Shown piece by piece: positions 27,430 through 41,195 of a stretch of DNA of 64,000 bases. The position numbers and the translations under genes were made by a program. How positions within the stretch are numbered: the first letter of the stretch is position 1; the number at the start of each line of letters is the position of its first letter. Under the pieces are notes generated by a model. That model was not told where the DNA came from and did not search any database. It worked only from the letters and a program-made list of their open reading frames with translations. Source of the DNA: Octopus vulgaris (lineage: Eukaryota); the NCBI GenBank assembly GCA_951406725.2, contig OX597816.1:11842001-11906000 (forward strand), written 5' to 3'.

Positions 27430-27889
27430 TGCTAACGATTCTGCCAGCTTGCCGCCTTACACCTGAAATTATATATTTCTTTACTATGCACAAGGGACTA
27501 AACACAGAGAGGACAAACAACACAGACAAACGGATTAAGTCGATTATATCGACCCCAATACGTAACTGGTACATAATTTATCGACCTCAAAGGGATGAAA
27601 GGCAAAGTTGACCTCAGCGGAATTTGAACTCAGAACAAAGGGGCGGACGAAATACCTAATTCTTTACTACCCACTAGGGGCTAAACACAGAGAGGACGAA
27701 CAAGGACAGACAAAGGGATTAAGTTGATTATATTGACCCAGTGTGTAACTGGTACTTAATTTATCAACTCTGAAAGGATGAAAGGCAAAGTCGACCTCGG
27801 CGGAATTTGAACTCAGAACGTAGTGGCAGACGAAATACCGCTAAGCATTTCGCATGGCGTGGTAACGTTTCAGCCATCTCACCGCCTTT
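27430..27889 (-). mobile_element. Family B SINE dimer
   Basis: Two units joined at gacgaaatacc|taattc; flanked by ttacacctgaRattata duplication. Confidence 0.85.
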
Positions 27890-28269
27890 TACACCTGAGA
27901 TTATAACAGAAAACACGACCAAAGTGCTGTCCAGTAAGATTGAACCTGCAGCCACAGAATCTTATAACATCCAATCAATCAACTACAAACACTGCCATGG
28001 CTACACAACTGACTTCGATGTAATAAACCATGCAAACTTGCTCTTTGCCATCCCTGCCAATTGGTTACAAAGAAATGTTTGTCGCTAGTCAAATCCTTCG
28101 CCAGTCTACATATGTATTTATGTAAATCTCCTCAGAATGGCAGACGGCAAAGACAAGAATATATATCCGTTATTGATTGTTCTTCCATTTATTTGCTCAA
28201 TACGAGTAGAGATCCTTTCTATTTGCTCACTGTAAAAGCCAACTCATATGAAATATACACAAGACAGAG

Positions 28270-28299
28270 CTATGTGAATATGTGTGTGTATGTGTGTGT

Positions 28300-28334
<35 letters not shown>

Positions 28335-28340
28335 TGCATC

Positions 28341-28388
<48 letters not shown>

Positions 28389-29070
28389 CATGGAAAGCGG
28401 ATGCTAAACGATGATGATATATATATATGCATACATATATATATATTTATGTATGTATGTATATATATGTGTATATGTATATATATGTGCGTGTATATAT
28501 ATATATATATATATATTTATATGTATGTATGTAAGCATAGATATACAAATGAAAACATATATATATATATATATATACATGTATATATATACGCTTATAT
28601 GTATATACTTATATATATGTATATGTGTATATATTTATATATGTACGTATGTTATTAGTAAAAGCATGGACATGATGAAAATGTATCTAAAAGTCTAAAT
28701 GCGTGTGTCTGCGTAAAAATAACAAATAAATATAAAGAAAACAAATGGGGTGACAAATTGAATGTATATGCAATATATATATATACATGCATATATATAT
28801 GTATGTATGTGTATATATATACACACGCATATATATATATATACATACATATATATATACCCACACACACATGTATATATATATGTATATATATTCATAT
28901 GTGCGAGTGTGTGTATCTGTATGTGAGTCCATATGTGTATATATGTGTGTATATGTATATATACATATATTTATATCTATCTATCTATCTATCTATATAT
29001 ATATATATATATATACACACAAATACATGCAAACACACACATATATATATATATATATACTATATATGCC
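28270..29070. repeat. (TA)n/(TG)n low-complexity tract
   Basis: Direct observation. Confidence 0.95.
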
Positions 29071-29672
29071 TATGTGTTCCTTGCATATGTGTTTCAATAA
29101 TTTAATGCTATCTCCAGAGTCTATTGTTTGTCTCCACATATGGGAAACGCTAGAGTTGGTTGACCTATTCAGGATAAAGGAGATGTTAAAAGAAGTCTGT
29201 GTGTTCCAAGACCAACTAAGCATATTGGAACAATTCCCAAGTGACGCGAGTGCAATACATTATCTTCTAATGACTCTTTACACAACACAAACTTACAAAT
29301 TGTTCAAATACAACATGTTTCTAAATAAAAGGTTTCCCTCTTAGCATCTACATATGCCAGTGACAGGTTAAAGAATAAGTGTTCCATATGTATTATGTGC
29401 ACACGTACACAGGCACATGTGTACGTATGTACATGAATCTTTTGTCTTCGTTGGTCTCAGTCATTAGTCTGCTGCCATGCTGGGGCAATGCTTTGAAGTA
29501 TTTTTTGTCAAATGAATTGGCCCCACTGCTTTTCTTTTTCACCTTTTTAAGTTATGTATTTCTTCTATTGGTCTCATTTGCTGAATCAGTAAATTACAGT
29601 GACATAAACACACCAACACTTGTTGTCAAAGCAGTGGAGAAAGGACAAACACAGACACAAAGACACACATGC

Positions 29673-29709
<37 letters not shown>

Positions 29710-29711
<2 letters not shown>

Positions 29712-29996
29712 CACTATCCGACTTGTGGCCGATGCCAGCGCCGCCTCGCCTGGCTTCCGTGCCGGTGGCACATAAAATACACCAATCCGACCGTGGCCGT
29801 TGCCAGCCTCGCCTGGCACCTGTGCAGATGGCACGTAAAAAGCACCCACTACACTCACGGAGTGGTTGGCGTTAGGAAGGGCATCCAGCTGTAGAAACAT
29901 TGCCAGATAAGACTGGAGCCTGGTGCAGCCTTCTGGCTTCCAGACCTCGGTCAAACCGTCCAACCCATGCTAGCATGGAGAACGGACGTTAAACGA

Positions 29997-30031
<35 letters not shown>

Positions 30032-30310
30032 CACTTTATTTAAAGCACCGCCTCGACTGGCTTCCGTGCCGGTGGCACATAAAATACACCAATCCGACCG
30101 TGGCCGTTGCCAGCCTCGCCTGGCACCTGTGCAGATGGCACGTAAAAAGCACCCACTACACTCACGGAGTGGTTGGCGTTAGGAAGGGCATCCAGCTGTA
30201 GAAACATTGCCAGATAAGACTGGAGCCTGGTGCAGCCTTCTGGCTTCCCAGATCCCGGTCAAACCGTCCAACCCATGCTAGCATGGAGAACGGACGTTAA
30301 ACGATGATGA
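29710..30310 (+). mobile_element. Two near-identical tandem family C elements separated by (TA)n
   Basis: About 29740-30000 is repeated at about 30048-30310. Confidence 0.85.
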
Positions 30311-30331
30311 TATATATATATATATATATGT

Positions 30332-30570
30332 ATATGCTTTATTTAAAAGCAGCAGAAATATAACAAAAGCTGAAAAGCTGTTACTCAGAGTTTCACGTTC
30401 TCGTTTTTCAGACAGTTTTCAACAAAACTGTCTTCTGAACGAGAACGGGAAAGTCTGAGTAACAGCTTTTGTTATATTTCTGCTGTTTTTAAATAAAGCA
30501 TATTATTCTACCTCTGGTATTTGAGTACTCTTTTTTCCACCTTGTTTCACATTTATCTGCTTACTCCAGT
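30332..30570. mobile_element. Fold-back element (about 85-bp arms, 4-nt loop) with an unpaired 3' extension
   Basis: 30332-30419 is the reverse complement of 30424-30503. Confidence 0.7.
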
Positions 30571-30585
30571 ATATATATATACAGT

Positions 30586-30775
30586 CGCCATGATAGATCA
30601 TTAGCAACTACACATATTTTTTTTCTCTCCTTGTTTTTTTCTGTGTTCCTTTCTGTAGAAGAGCATAGGCTCGAAACATAAAAGACTTTTTCTATTCCCG
30701 AGCGTTATACTAATACATCTGTTTATTTTGTACACCACCTGTCTTCGTCTTTTGTTTTTTCGTAAACTCTCCCTA
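30586..30775 (+). mobile_element. About 200-bp Penelope pLTR-like element with a hammerhead-like motif
   Basis: cttt-CTGTAGA-a-gagc-atag-gctc-GAAAC-ATA-aaag at 30649-30684; homologous to 24218-24417. Confidence 0.65.
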
Positions 30776-31477
30776 TATATATATATATATATATTATAGG
30801 CTTCTTTTAGTTTCCATCTACGAAATCCACTCACATGGCTTTAGGAGGCCCGAGCCTGTAGTAGAAGACACTTGCCAAAGTTACCACACAGTGGTATTGA
30901 AACCAGAACCTTGTGGCTCAGAAGCAAGCTTCTTGCCATACAGCCACACTGTATATATGTATATATGTACATTTATATATATGTATATCCAAATGTACAT
31001 GTGTATATATGTGTGTGTGTGTGTGTATTTTAATCTATTTTATGTATTCACTATGACCTATAGCCAGATCCATTAACCGGTCATAACCCGGAAATTGTAT
31101 CCATCCCCTGTTGTTATAGCCAACATCCTACTGGCAACAACAACATGCCAAGCGAAACTGAGTGTATTTAGTGAGGTATGTTCTTTAAAAACTGGACACC
31201 TGATGAGATGCATCTGAACTGGGAGAGGCAACACATGTCTGTTTTCAAAACTGTGTCATTATGATTGGATATTTTGTTTGTTGTTCCTGGCACTCATAGA
31301 GTTATTTCCTTGAGATCCAGGAATACGAAACTTTGTCTAGTGGAATGATAGTTGAAATTGAAAAGCAAAGATTATTGAGAAATACATATTGTAAATGTTA
31401 TTGCAGAAAACCCTTAATTGTTAGAAAGTTGAAAAGAATATTAACTTAAGGCTAAGACAGAGACTTCACTCCATTTA

Positions 31478-31698
31478 AAGGCAGTGAGCTGGCAGAAAAG
31501 GGCGAAAAGCTTACCGGTTTTTCGTCTGCCATTACGTTCTGAGTTCAAATTCTGCCAAGGTCGACTTTGCCTTTCATTCTTTCGGTGTTGATAAATTAAG
31601 TACCAGTTATGCACTGGGGTCGATGTAATTGACTTAATCCCTTTGTCTGTTCTTGTTTGTGCCCTCTATGTCTAGCCCCTTGTGGGCAATAAAGAAAT
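31478..31698 (+). mobile_element. Family B SINE
   Basis: Full element; taagacagagacttca duplicated at 31453 and 31698. Confidence 0.88.
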
Positions 31699-32014
31699 AA
31701 GACAGAGACTTCAGCCTCTGCACACATGAGAGAAAATTAATTCTTAAATACTAGATACCATCTCATAAGTCACCTTTCAAACATAGAAAATGTCTTGCTT
31801 TGTCTTGTAAACTTGTAAACATCTTTCGAAATCTTCCAGGTTATATGTTTTGTAATTTTTCTCTGAATCTGTCCAGGTTTTTGATAAATTTTTGAAAATT
31901 CTTCACCTCCAACTATCTCACTTCCTGGCTCTTATACGTTCTCTCTAGATCTGTACCTGCACACATGCGTGAGAGAGAGAGAAGGGGGGAAGGAAACTAT
32001 ATATGTGACGTATG

Positions 32015-32233
32015 CGGCAAGCTGGCAGAAATGTTAGCACGCCGGGCGAAATGCGTAGCCGTATTTCGTCTGCTGTTACGTTCTGGGTTCAAATTCCGCT
32101 GAGGTCGACTTAGCCTTTCATCCTTTCGGGGTCGATAAATTAAGTACCAGTTACATACTGGGGTCGATCTAATTGACTTAATCCGTTTTTCTGTCCCCTA
32201 TGTGTTTAGCCCCTTGTGGGTAGTAAAGAAATA
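32015..32233 (+). mobile_element. Family B SINE
   Basis: TSD tatatatgtgacgtatg on both sides. Confidence 0.88.
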
Positions 32234-32624
32234 TATATATGTGACGTATGAAAGCCTATTTAGGAGTACATGCATACATGTGTGTGTGTATGTGTGTGTG
32301 TTTGTGTGCCACATACATGATCAAGGCAACCAGATGTTGACAAGAGGGATAAGATCCTGACCTTGAACTGAGTAATCACTCTGTTCCACTTTGTACATGT
32401 TTTCATTTTCAATTTCTATGTGAGCACGCTATCTTGACAGAGTAAAAAAATGCCTTCTAGACTGATGTAACAATTCTTTTTGAAAAAAATATTAACCTAT
32501 AAAATACTTTGATCTGAAAAATTATTTTCAAAAAACACCTGGAAATTTTATAGCAAACAAGGTTATGAAACAGCTGTAAAGAAATTGAACAAACATCCAC
32601 CTTTTCATCTTACTTTTGTATACT

Positions 32625-33032
32625 CTTTATTCTCTCTTTTACTTGTTTCAGTCATTTGACTGCGGCCATGCTGGATCACTGCCTTTTAGTCAAGCAACTC
32701 GACCCCGGGACTTATTCTTTTTGTAAGCCCACTACTTATTCTATCGGTCTCTTTTTGCCGAACCGCTAGGTGACGGGGACGTAAACACACCAGCATTGGT
32801 TGTCAAGCAATGCTAGGGGAACAAACACAGACACACAAACACACACACATACATATATATACATATATACGACAGGCTTCTTTTAGTTTCCATCTACCAA
32901 ATCCACTCACAAGGCATTGGTTGGCCCAGGGCTATAGCAGAAGACACTTGACCAAGATGCCACGCAGTGAGACTGAACCCGGAACCATGTAGTTGGTTAG
33001 CAAGCTACTTACCACACAGCCACTCCTGTGCC
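32625..33032 (-). mobile_element. Full-length family A CORE-SINE
   Basis: Reverse complement of 1663-2085. Confidence 0.9.
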
Positions 33033-33193
33033 TATGTTCTGTTTATATACATTATTTCCACCATTGTATCTCCTGGATTTTCAGCATGGCACGAAGATGC
33101 ATCTTAACCTCAACTATGGTGATTCTTGTTAGACATACATTCAGCAAAGACCGTAATGCAAGATCTCTTTTCATTCTTCAAATCCCTATTCTT

Positions 33194-33420
33194 ATTTCTT
33201 TATTGCCAACAAGGAGTTAAACATAGAGGGGACAAACAAGGACAGACAAAGGGATTAAGTTTATTACATCGACCCCAGTGCATAACTGGTAATTAATTTA
33301 TCAACCCCGAAAGGATGAAAGGCAAAGTCAACCTCGGAGGAATTTGAACTCAGAATGTAACAGCAGACAAAATACCACAAAGCATTTTGCCCGGCGTGCT
33401 CCTGTTTCTGCCAGCTCGCC
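33194..33420 (-). mobile_element. Family B SINE
   Basis: TSD ttcaaatccctattctta on both sides. Confidence 0.88.
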
Positions 33421-34274
33421 AACTTCAAATCCCTATTCTTACTCAACACACACACACCTGTGCAATCAGGCTCTGTTATTAAATAGTTCACTTCTCAACC
33501 ACATGATTTCAAGTCCCATTGTGTGAGTTCAGTCCCATCGTGTGGTACCTTGGACAGGGGTTCTATCAATATTTCATAGCTCAAAGTATATCTAGAGATT
33601 TTAGCCAATGCTGTATATTAGAAACGTAAAAGCCTTGACTTCATCTACAATATCTCCATGGAGAAAAATGAATGATCAGCTGAAATAGATTCAATCTTTT
33701 GTTAGGATTTAACGAGCAACTGAGTATTTGTTTTATCTGCCTGTAGAGTTGTGTTACAATTAACATCTTAAACGTGTAATAGTAATATCAAGTTGACAAG
33801 AAAGATTTATTTTCGACATTGTTTATTAATAACACCAAACGTTTTTAATAGACATAATGTTCAGTTTGTTAATTGCATGTTATGTGTGTAAATGGAGAAT
33901 TAAGGAATTTGCCATAAGATGAAAGGTGAGAGGTTTCGTACAAACGTTAAATGTAGCTTTGTGTTGCAGCAAATATAATCTCTTAGAAAGATGAGGGATG
34001 TGTATTACCTTAGAAGAAATGTGTCTGAAGTCACATGAGCTTTGGCCACAATAAGACAATTCCATGTTGAGATCAGAACACCAGGGGCTTTTTATACGTT
34101 CACTAAAATGTTTTTGAATGTTCCATGAGACCCTTTAGGTAGGAAAAGTTTTTCTTTCCTTTTTTGTTTATCAAAACCTATACAAAACTGGTATCAAAGA
34201 TGATTGACTGGAAAAATGCTAGTAGGTGTTATAATAGGGTTTAGAGATATGGGAAAATTTAGCTCTGGATAATG

Positions 34275-34900
34275 CAGGGTGTTCAAAAAGTCTCTCTGCA
34301 GTAAGTATTTTATTGCAAAATAATTATTTATAAGACTACAGAAGAATGCTACCATAATGTCCAACCCCTCCTCAAAGCGGTAGGGTGGTGTAAACGGGCA
34401 GTGTCAGAGCTATGCCATCGAGAACTTTGGTTTTTGGTAAGGCCACCCAAGACAGATTGGTCTGGCACCGAGCAGTATTAGGGCTGCAGCCTGGCCAACT
34501 GGGCTCTGGTGAAAATTCCAAGAGGTGTCTGATCGGCAACCGGTGACTTCTAGGTCGTTCTGTCCCTGCGTCTGTGGAGACTCCATGGCAAACAGGGCAT
34601 CCCATGACTCGGGATATGCATGCAGGATGTCAGGGACTGTTTGTGAAGTCAATATTCCCATGAAACTTTTTCTCAGAGAGGAAGCCGGCTCAACCCATCC
34701 TGGGTGAATGCTGTCACAAGTACAAGTAAGTAAGTACAGAAGAATATATTAGACTTTACAAGACTTTAAATAAACTTTATAAGACATGTTGAAAGTGTTG
34801 TCCTTCATTTTCAATACAGAAGTTGACTCTTCTACACATGTTTTGAAATACATGTGCAGGATGAAAAAAATCACTGCGGAGAGACTTTTGGATGACCAAG
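34275..34900. mobile_element. Tc1/mariner-type TIR element (non-autonomous)
   Basis: TIRs cagggtgttcaaaaagtctctctgcagt / actgcggagagacttttggatgacc. Confidence 0.65.
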
Positions 34901-35484
34901 GTAGCATAACGTTATTCATCAGCAGTTTTGACATTCGAATTATTACATTCCAAGGTTCGAATTCAAAGAAAGGGATCTGTTACATCCCTATTACCAATGG
35001 TCTAATTTTTAAAAACTGATTTTCTGTTTTATAGCATATTGGGAAGCGAATTTGATAAATAATATACTAGCATCTTAACAAGGATTTGCTTTAAGGCTGT
35101 AATGTAACACACTATGTAATGCACAAATGTAAACATCATGTCTTCTTATGCAATGCACTTGATGACTGAATGTATAAATATGTGTGTGTGTATGTGTGTG
35201 TGTGTGCTATGCGTATGTGTGTACCAGTCAAGAACACATCTTAATTCATACAAAACCAAGCACTCCATGAAATATTTAACAATTTCAGAGCAGTATAAAA
35301 GATCGCCTGCAGTAATGCTGCAAGCGTGTTGGCTTGCTTCAGGAGGTTCCATTGAACTGAGTGGTGTGTGACCAGTTGACTTTATTTTTCTTACTTTCTT
35401 CCTCTTTTTCCTATTTTCTCTCCCAGTTTTGGATTCGGATTTGTAACATGATTTTGTTTTCTATATGTATCATATACATATATA

Positions 35485-35647
35485 GGCATAGGAGTGGCTG
35501 TGTGGTAAGTAGCTTGCTTACGAACCACATGGTACCAGGTTCAGTCCCACTGTGGCACCTTGGGCAAGTGTCTTCTACTATAGCCTTGGGCTGACCAAAG
35601 CCTTGTGAGTGGACTTGGTAGACGGAAACTGAAAGAAGCCTGTCGTA

Positions 35648-35690
<43 letters not shown>

Positions 35691-35873
35691 GTATGTGTGT
35701 GTATATGTTTGTGTGTCTTTGTTTGTCCTCCCAACATCGCTTGACAACTGATGCTGGTGTGTTTACGTCCCAGTAACTTAGTGGTTTGGCAAAAAGAGAA
35801 TGATAGAATAAGTTCTAGGCTTACAAAGAATAAGTCCTGGGGTCAGTTTGCTCGAGTAAAGGCAGGGCTCCAA
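35485..35873 (+). mobile_element. Family A CORE-SINE
   Basis: Match to 1663-2085. Confidence 0.88.
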
Positions 35874-36477
35874 GAGTATACATGTTACATTCCAATAAAA
35901 GAATATCAGAATGAAAAAAAGAACGGATTGAAAAATGAGTTATCACATAGAAAACCGATATGGTATCTATGATTCTGAGACTATGTGTGGTTTTGGTAAG
36001 TTACCTTAATTTTCTCAGCTGAGCTGCTATGAGAAGAATAGGTTAGCCAGCCTGCCTCACATAGTGGGAGTTATCAAGCAGCCATCATGCGACCTTTCAC
36101 TGAAGAAGGACATAGAACAGGTCACATGCTAAATGGGTTCAACTTGGAAACCATTTTCTCTTATGAATCCAATTTCAGGTTTCTGGAACTGATCAATTAG
36201 TAAAGTAAGGAATTTAGGAATTAATACAAGAATATATTCCGTTATTCATAGGATTCTTTGCTCTTTATCACCCTTTTTTATCGATCAGTTTTCCCCTCTC
36301 TTTCTATCTATCTGTCTTTTTTCCTCTCTGTTGAACTATTTTCCTCCTTCTGCCACTCTCACTGATTCAATAACTTGCAACACCTGGCTTCGTTAACTTG
36401 CCATTTCACACAAGAAGACCTCACCAAAACGTTAAGCCAATACAATAAGCCTTATTCGCTCATCCTTTCAGCAATAA

Positions 36478-36829
36478 TCTCTCTATATATAAACGGCAAA
36501 ATATCTGTGTGCGTGTCCTTTTTACAAATCCGCAGTTTTTCAGTTAGAGGGCTCGCACTTTCTATGGTCATTCAAAACCGTCCAAGTGTGGTCGTGCACA
36601 TCTTTACATTTCCCCAGTCACCTCGCAGAGCCTTTAAAAAAATCAATAGAAGTGACTTTTTTGTGAATTTTCTATCCAAAACCCAACCAAAATGCCCAAA
36701 ACTTGATACGCCAATTGAATGCCAGCTAGCTGTATGTGAGTGGTCGGAGATTTGGACAGTACTCACGTGTATGTGCACATGCACGCAGCTGTATATGCAT
36801 GCACTAGCACTATGACCTGGCGTTGCTAG
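36478..36829 (+). mobile_element. Non-autonomous Helitron
   Basis: a|TCtctctatatataaa 5' end and gacctggcgttgCTAG|t 3' end; inserted between A and T with no TSD. Confidence 0.7.
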
Positions 36830-36949
36830 TTATCAATAATATATCTAGTTATAGTATACTGATTTCAAATTTTGACACAAGGTCAGCAATTTAGGAGAAG
36901 GATGTTAGTCAATTACACCAACCCCAACACTTGATAGGCTTTTTATATT

Positions 36950-37469
36950 CCTTTCTACTCTAGGCACAAGGCCTGATATTTTTGGGAAGAGGGAAAGTCG
37001 ATTAGATCAACCCCAGTATGCAACTGGTACTTAATTTATCGAAACTGAAAGGATGAAAGACAAAGCTGTACTTGGCGGAATTTGAACTCAGGATGTAAAG
37101 ACAGACGAAATACCTATTTCTTTACTACCCACAAGGGGCTAAACACAGAGAGGACAAACGGATTAAGTCGATTATATCGACCCCAGTATGCAAATGGTAC
37201 TTAATTTATCGACCCTGAAAGGGTGTGTGTGTCTCTGTTTTTTACTTCTTACAGTCATTAGACTGCGGCCATGCTGGGGCATCACCTTGAAGAGTTTTTT
37301 AGTCAAATGAATGGACTGCAGGGTGTATATATTTTTTTTTTTTTAAAAGCCTGGTACTTATTTGATTGGTCTCTTGTGCCAAGCCACTAAGTTATGGGGA
37401 TGTAAACAAGCCACCACCAATTGTCAATCAACAGATCAGTAATTGAAAAACAGACACTCATATACATAG

Positions 37470-37543
<74 letters not shown>

Positions 37544-37574
37544 ACACACACACACACACACATATATTGATATA

Positions 37575-37635
<61 letters not shown>

Positions 37636-37780
37636 ATTCATTGGGTTTCGAAAATCTGCCCATATTGTATCACCAATCAGCATAGAGTGAATGTTAAATA
37701 GATTGGAATGAGTTTATATTTAATTCTCTTGTATAAGATAGGAAAGAAAATAAGATAGAAAGAAAAAATAGAGAGATATT

Positions 37781-37819
<39 letters not shown>

Positions 37820-37960
37820 TGACATGCTTCTTTCAGTTTCCATCTACCAAATCCACTAGACTTTGGTTAGCTCAAGGCTATAGTAGATGACATTTGTTGT
37901 CAAGGGTACCAAGCAGTGGGACTGAACCTGGCACCATGTTGTTGGGAAGCACTCATCTTA
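36950..37960 (-). mobile_element. Family B dimer followed by a degenerate family A SINE with expanded (TA)n
   Basis: Matches to both families. Confidence 0.75.
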
Positions 37961-38519
37961 CCACATTGCCACTCTACACTGTCTGTGTGCGCACATGTTT
38001 GTGTGTGTTTCTGTACATACATCAGTGTACCTAAAGCCACCAGCTTCACCAACATTATCTACATTAACTTTTTCCAACCGGCATCTTTAAATATCGTCCA
38101 TCCACAGCCATCACTATGCATTTTATGAATGTTCCATTTGGGATCTCAATTTAAACATGTTTACAATTGGCTGCTGTTAATTCCAGCTTGCCTGGTTGTT
38201 GTTGATGTTTTTTTTTTGCAAAGGAGGGAAACCCTGCAGATATTTTTCTCATCCTTGGAAATTTATTCTAAAAAAATAAGGTATTTCTTTGTAATTATCT
38301 TTTAAGATTTACTTCGATTTCAACTTTTGCAAATAATTTCTTGATAATTGTAGATAAACTGTTTCTATATTTCATGTCATCTTCGGGGCAATATGTTCTC
38401 CAGAATTTAGAAGCTACATTAATTATAGTATGTTAAACAAGAACTGGGGAAAAAAATTATAATTAGTACGAATTAAATGCATTTGACAAAATTTCATAAT
38501 TATTGTAATACATTTTAAA

Positions 38520-38674
38520 TCATCATCATCATCATCATCATAACCATCATTATCGTCGTTGTCATCATCATCATAACCATCATCATCACCATCATCATCA
38601 TCATCATCATCATCATCATAACCACCGTCATCGTCTTCATCATCATCATCATCATCATCATCATAACCATCATC

Positions 38675-38708
<34 letters not shown>

Positions 38709-39030
38709 TCATAACCACCACTGTCGTTGTCATCGTCATCCTCATCGTCATTTAACGTCCGCTTTCCATGCTGGTATGGGTTACGGTGATTTGATGTGAA
38801 CTGGCAAACCAGAAGACTGCACCAGCTTCCGCTACCTGCTTTGGCAGGGTTTCTATGACTGGATGCAGTTCTTGACACCAACCGTTGATGATGATGGCGA
38901 TGTTGGTTATGATGATGATGATGACGGTTATGATGATGATGATTATGATGATGACGATGACAATGATGGTTATGATGATGATGATGACGATGTTGGTTGT
39001 GATGATGATGATGCCGGTTATGATGACGAT
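38520..39030. repeat. (CAT)n and (GAT)n tracts flanking a family C-like tail
   Basis: Direct observation. Confidence 0.9.
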
Positions 39031-39914
39031 GACAAGACGAGTGGGAACAAGAGATGGGCGAGGCCACATTGATGAGATCTTCCACAGAAGGGGAAACAGC
39101 TCTTTCACATTCCTCTGTGTTTATATTTTCTGACAAGCATCATCATCGTCGTTGTCGTTGTTTAACATCCACTTACTATGCTGGCATGGGTTGGATGGGA
39201 TTTGACTGAGGACTGGCAAGCCAGGAAGCTGCACCAGGCTCCAATTTGATCTGGCAAGGTTTCTACAGCTGGATGCTCTTCTTAATGCCAACCACTCTGA
39301 GAGTGTTGTGGGTGCTTTTTATGTGCCACCAGGATGGGGGGGGGGGGGGCAGTCAGGTGGCACAAGCATTGGCCATGCTTGAATGATGCTTTTGTTATGC
39401 CACCAGCACAGGTGCCAGTCAGGTGGCACTGGCACAGAAATTTCTGCTTGTTACCATCAACATGCATTTTGTGAAGAACTTACATGTTTGTATATACATT
39501 CACCTCAGTGCACACACACACACAAATATAATATATATATGCATGGTGGTGGTGGTGGTGGTGGTGATGGGGGTTAGAGAGTGTGTCTATGTGAATGAAT
39601 TGTCAAATCAACCTCCCTAAATTTTCATTAATTATATATCATTGTCCTCATTAGTACTGCCAACATCTTAACACCGTCATTAAGAAATCAACTCTTATTT
39701 TAACTTTCTCTTCTCTTCCAGTGTTTCTTACTTCTCCTCAGAATCATCACCACCACAACCATCATCATCATCATCATCATCATTATCATCATACCACCAC
39801 AACTATCATTATCATCATACCACCAACACCACCATCACAACCATCATCATCACCACCACTGCCACCTACAACAACAACCTCCATCATTGCTAACATCATC
39901 ATCATCATCATCAA

Positions 39915-40845
39915 CACAAATATTCTGCTCAATACCACAGATTTGCTTGTCAGTTGTTTGACCTTAATCAGTTGAGCATGTCTCTTAGTGGCTGACAATA
40001 TGTGCATCTCTGACCACGAGCAGAAGTAGTGGGGGAGCATCATAGCCATGTGTTGAGAGGGATTCTTTGGGGTTTGAATAATTCACCTCTGGAAACATGG
40101 GTAGTTCTTTCAACATCCTTAAACAACCCTTATTCAGGGACCTTTTGAGCGGGATGGGCTACTCAACCTGAAGAAAATTCTAACTGGGCCCCACCTGCAA
40201 GGTCATGTGCTGTTTATCTTGATATGAGATCACCATGTCGCGCACATATGGTTGTGATGCATGTGCCTGGTGTACCTTTATCAGTCGGGTAGTCATGATG
40301 GGTATATTGGGCTTCGTATATTTTACCCCAGTGTCACTTTGATGGCATGCACTGCTCTCTCACTCGATAATAATAATAATAATAATGATATACAGCAAAT
40401 ATTCTGCTCCATACTGCAGATTTGCTTGTCAGTTGTTTGACCTTAACCTGTTGAGCATGTCCCTTAGTGGCTGACAATATATGCACCTCTGATCACAATC
40501 AGAAATAGTGGGGAAGCATCATAGCCCATGTGTTGAGAGGGATTCTTTGGGGTTTGGATAATTCACCCTTGGAAATATGGGTGTATCGTTCAACATCCTT
40601 AAACAATCCTTATTCAGGGACCTTTTGAGTAGGATGGGTTACTCGACCAGAAGAAAATTCTAACTGGGCCCCACCTGCAAGGTCATGCGCTGTTTATCTT
40701 GATATGAGATCACCATGTTGCGCACATATGGTTGTGATGCATGTGCCTGGTGTACCCTTATCAGATGGGTTGTCATGATGGGTATACTGGGCTTCGTATA
40801 TTTTACCCCAGTGTCACTTTGATGGCATGCACTGCTCTCTCACTC

Positions 40846-40885
<40 letters not shown>
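39915..40885 (+). mobile_element. Two tandem copies of a ~455-bp retroposon-like repeat (family E), each ending in (TAA)n
   Basis: 39915-40368 and 40393-40845 are homologous; third copy inverted at 46800-47158. Confidence 0.85.
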
Positions 40886-40887
<2 letters not shown>

Positions 40888-41195
40888 TGTTACTGTCGTG
40901 GATAAAAGAAGAAGGAAACCAGAATCATAGATATTGCCATACCTGGGTATTCACCAGTGGGTACCAAAGAGGTGGAAAAGATTGAGAAGTTCAAGCCCCT
41001 GAAAGATGAAATTGCACGAATGTGGGCAATGAAGGGAGTAACTGTCACCCCAGTAGTTGTAGGGGCACTTGGAGCATTAACAAGGTTTGAGAAATTTGTG
41101 GGAGAAGTTGGAATTGACACAAGGGTAGAACATATTAAAAAAAACTGCTCTTTAGGGAACAACAAGTATTTTGAGGTTGGTACTTGGGTGTGAAG
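40888..41195 (+). pseudogene. R4/Dong-type RLE retrotransposon endonuclease C-terminus
   Basis: RIIDIAIPG...KEVEKIEKFKPLKDEIARMW...PVVVGALG; starts directly after (TAA)n. Confidence 0.85.

Noticed and set aside
38423-39136. 237-aa His/Asp-rich protein
   Set aside because: Mostly (CAT)/(GAT) microsatellite plus a LINE tail; only about 33 codons are unique, so at most a weak exon candidate.
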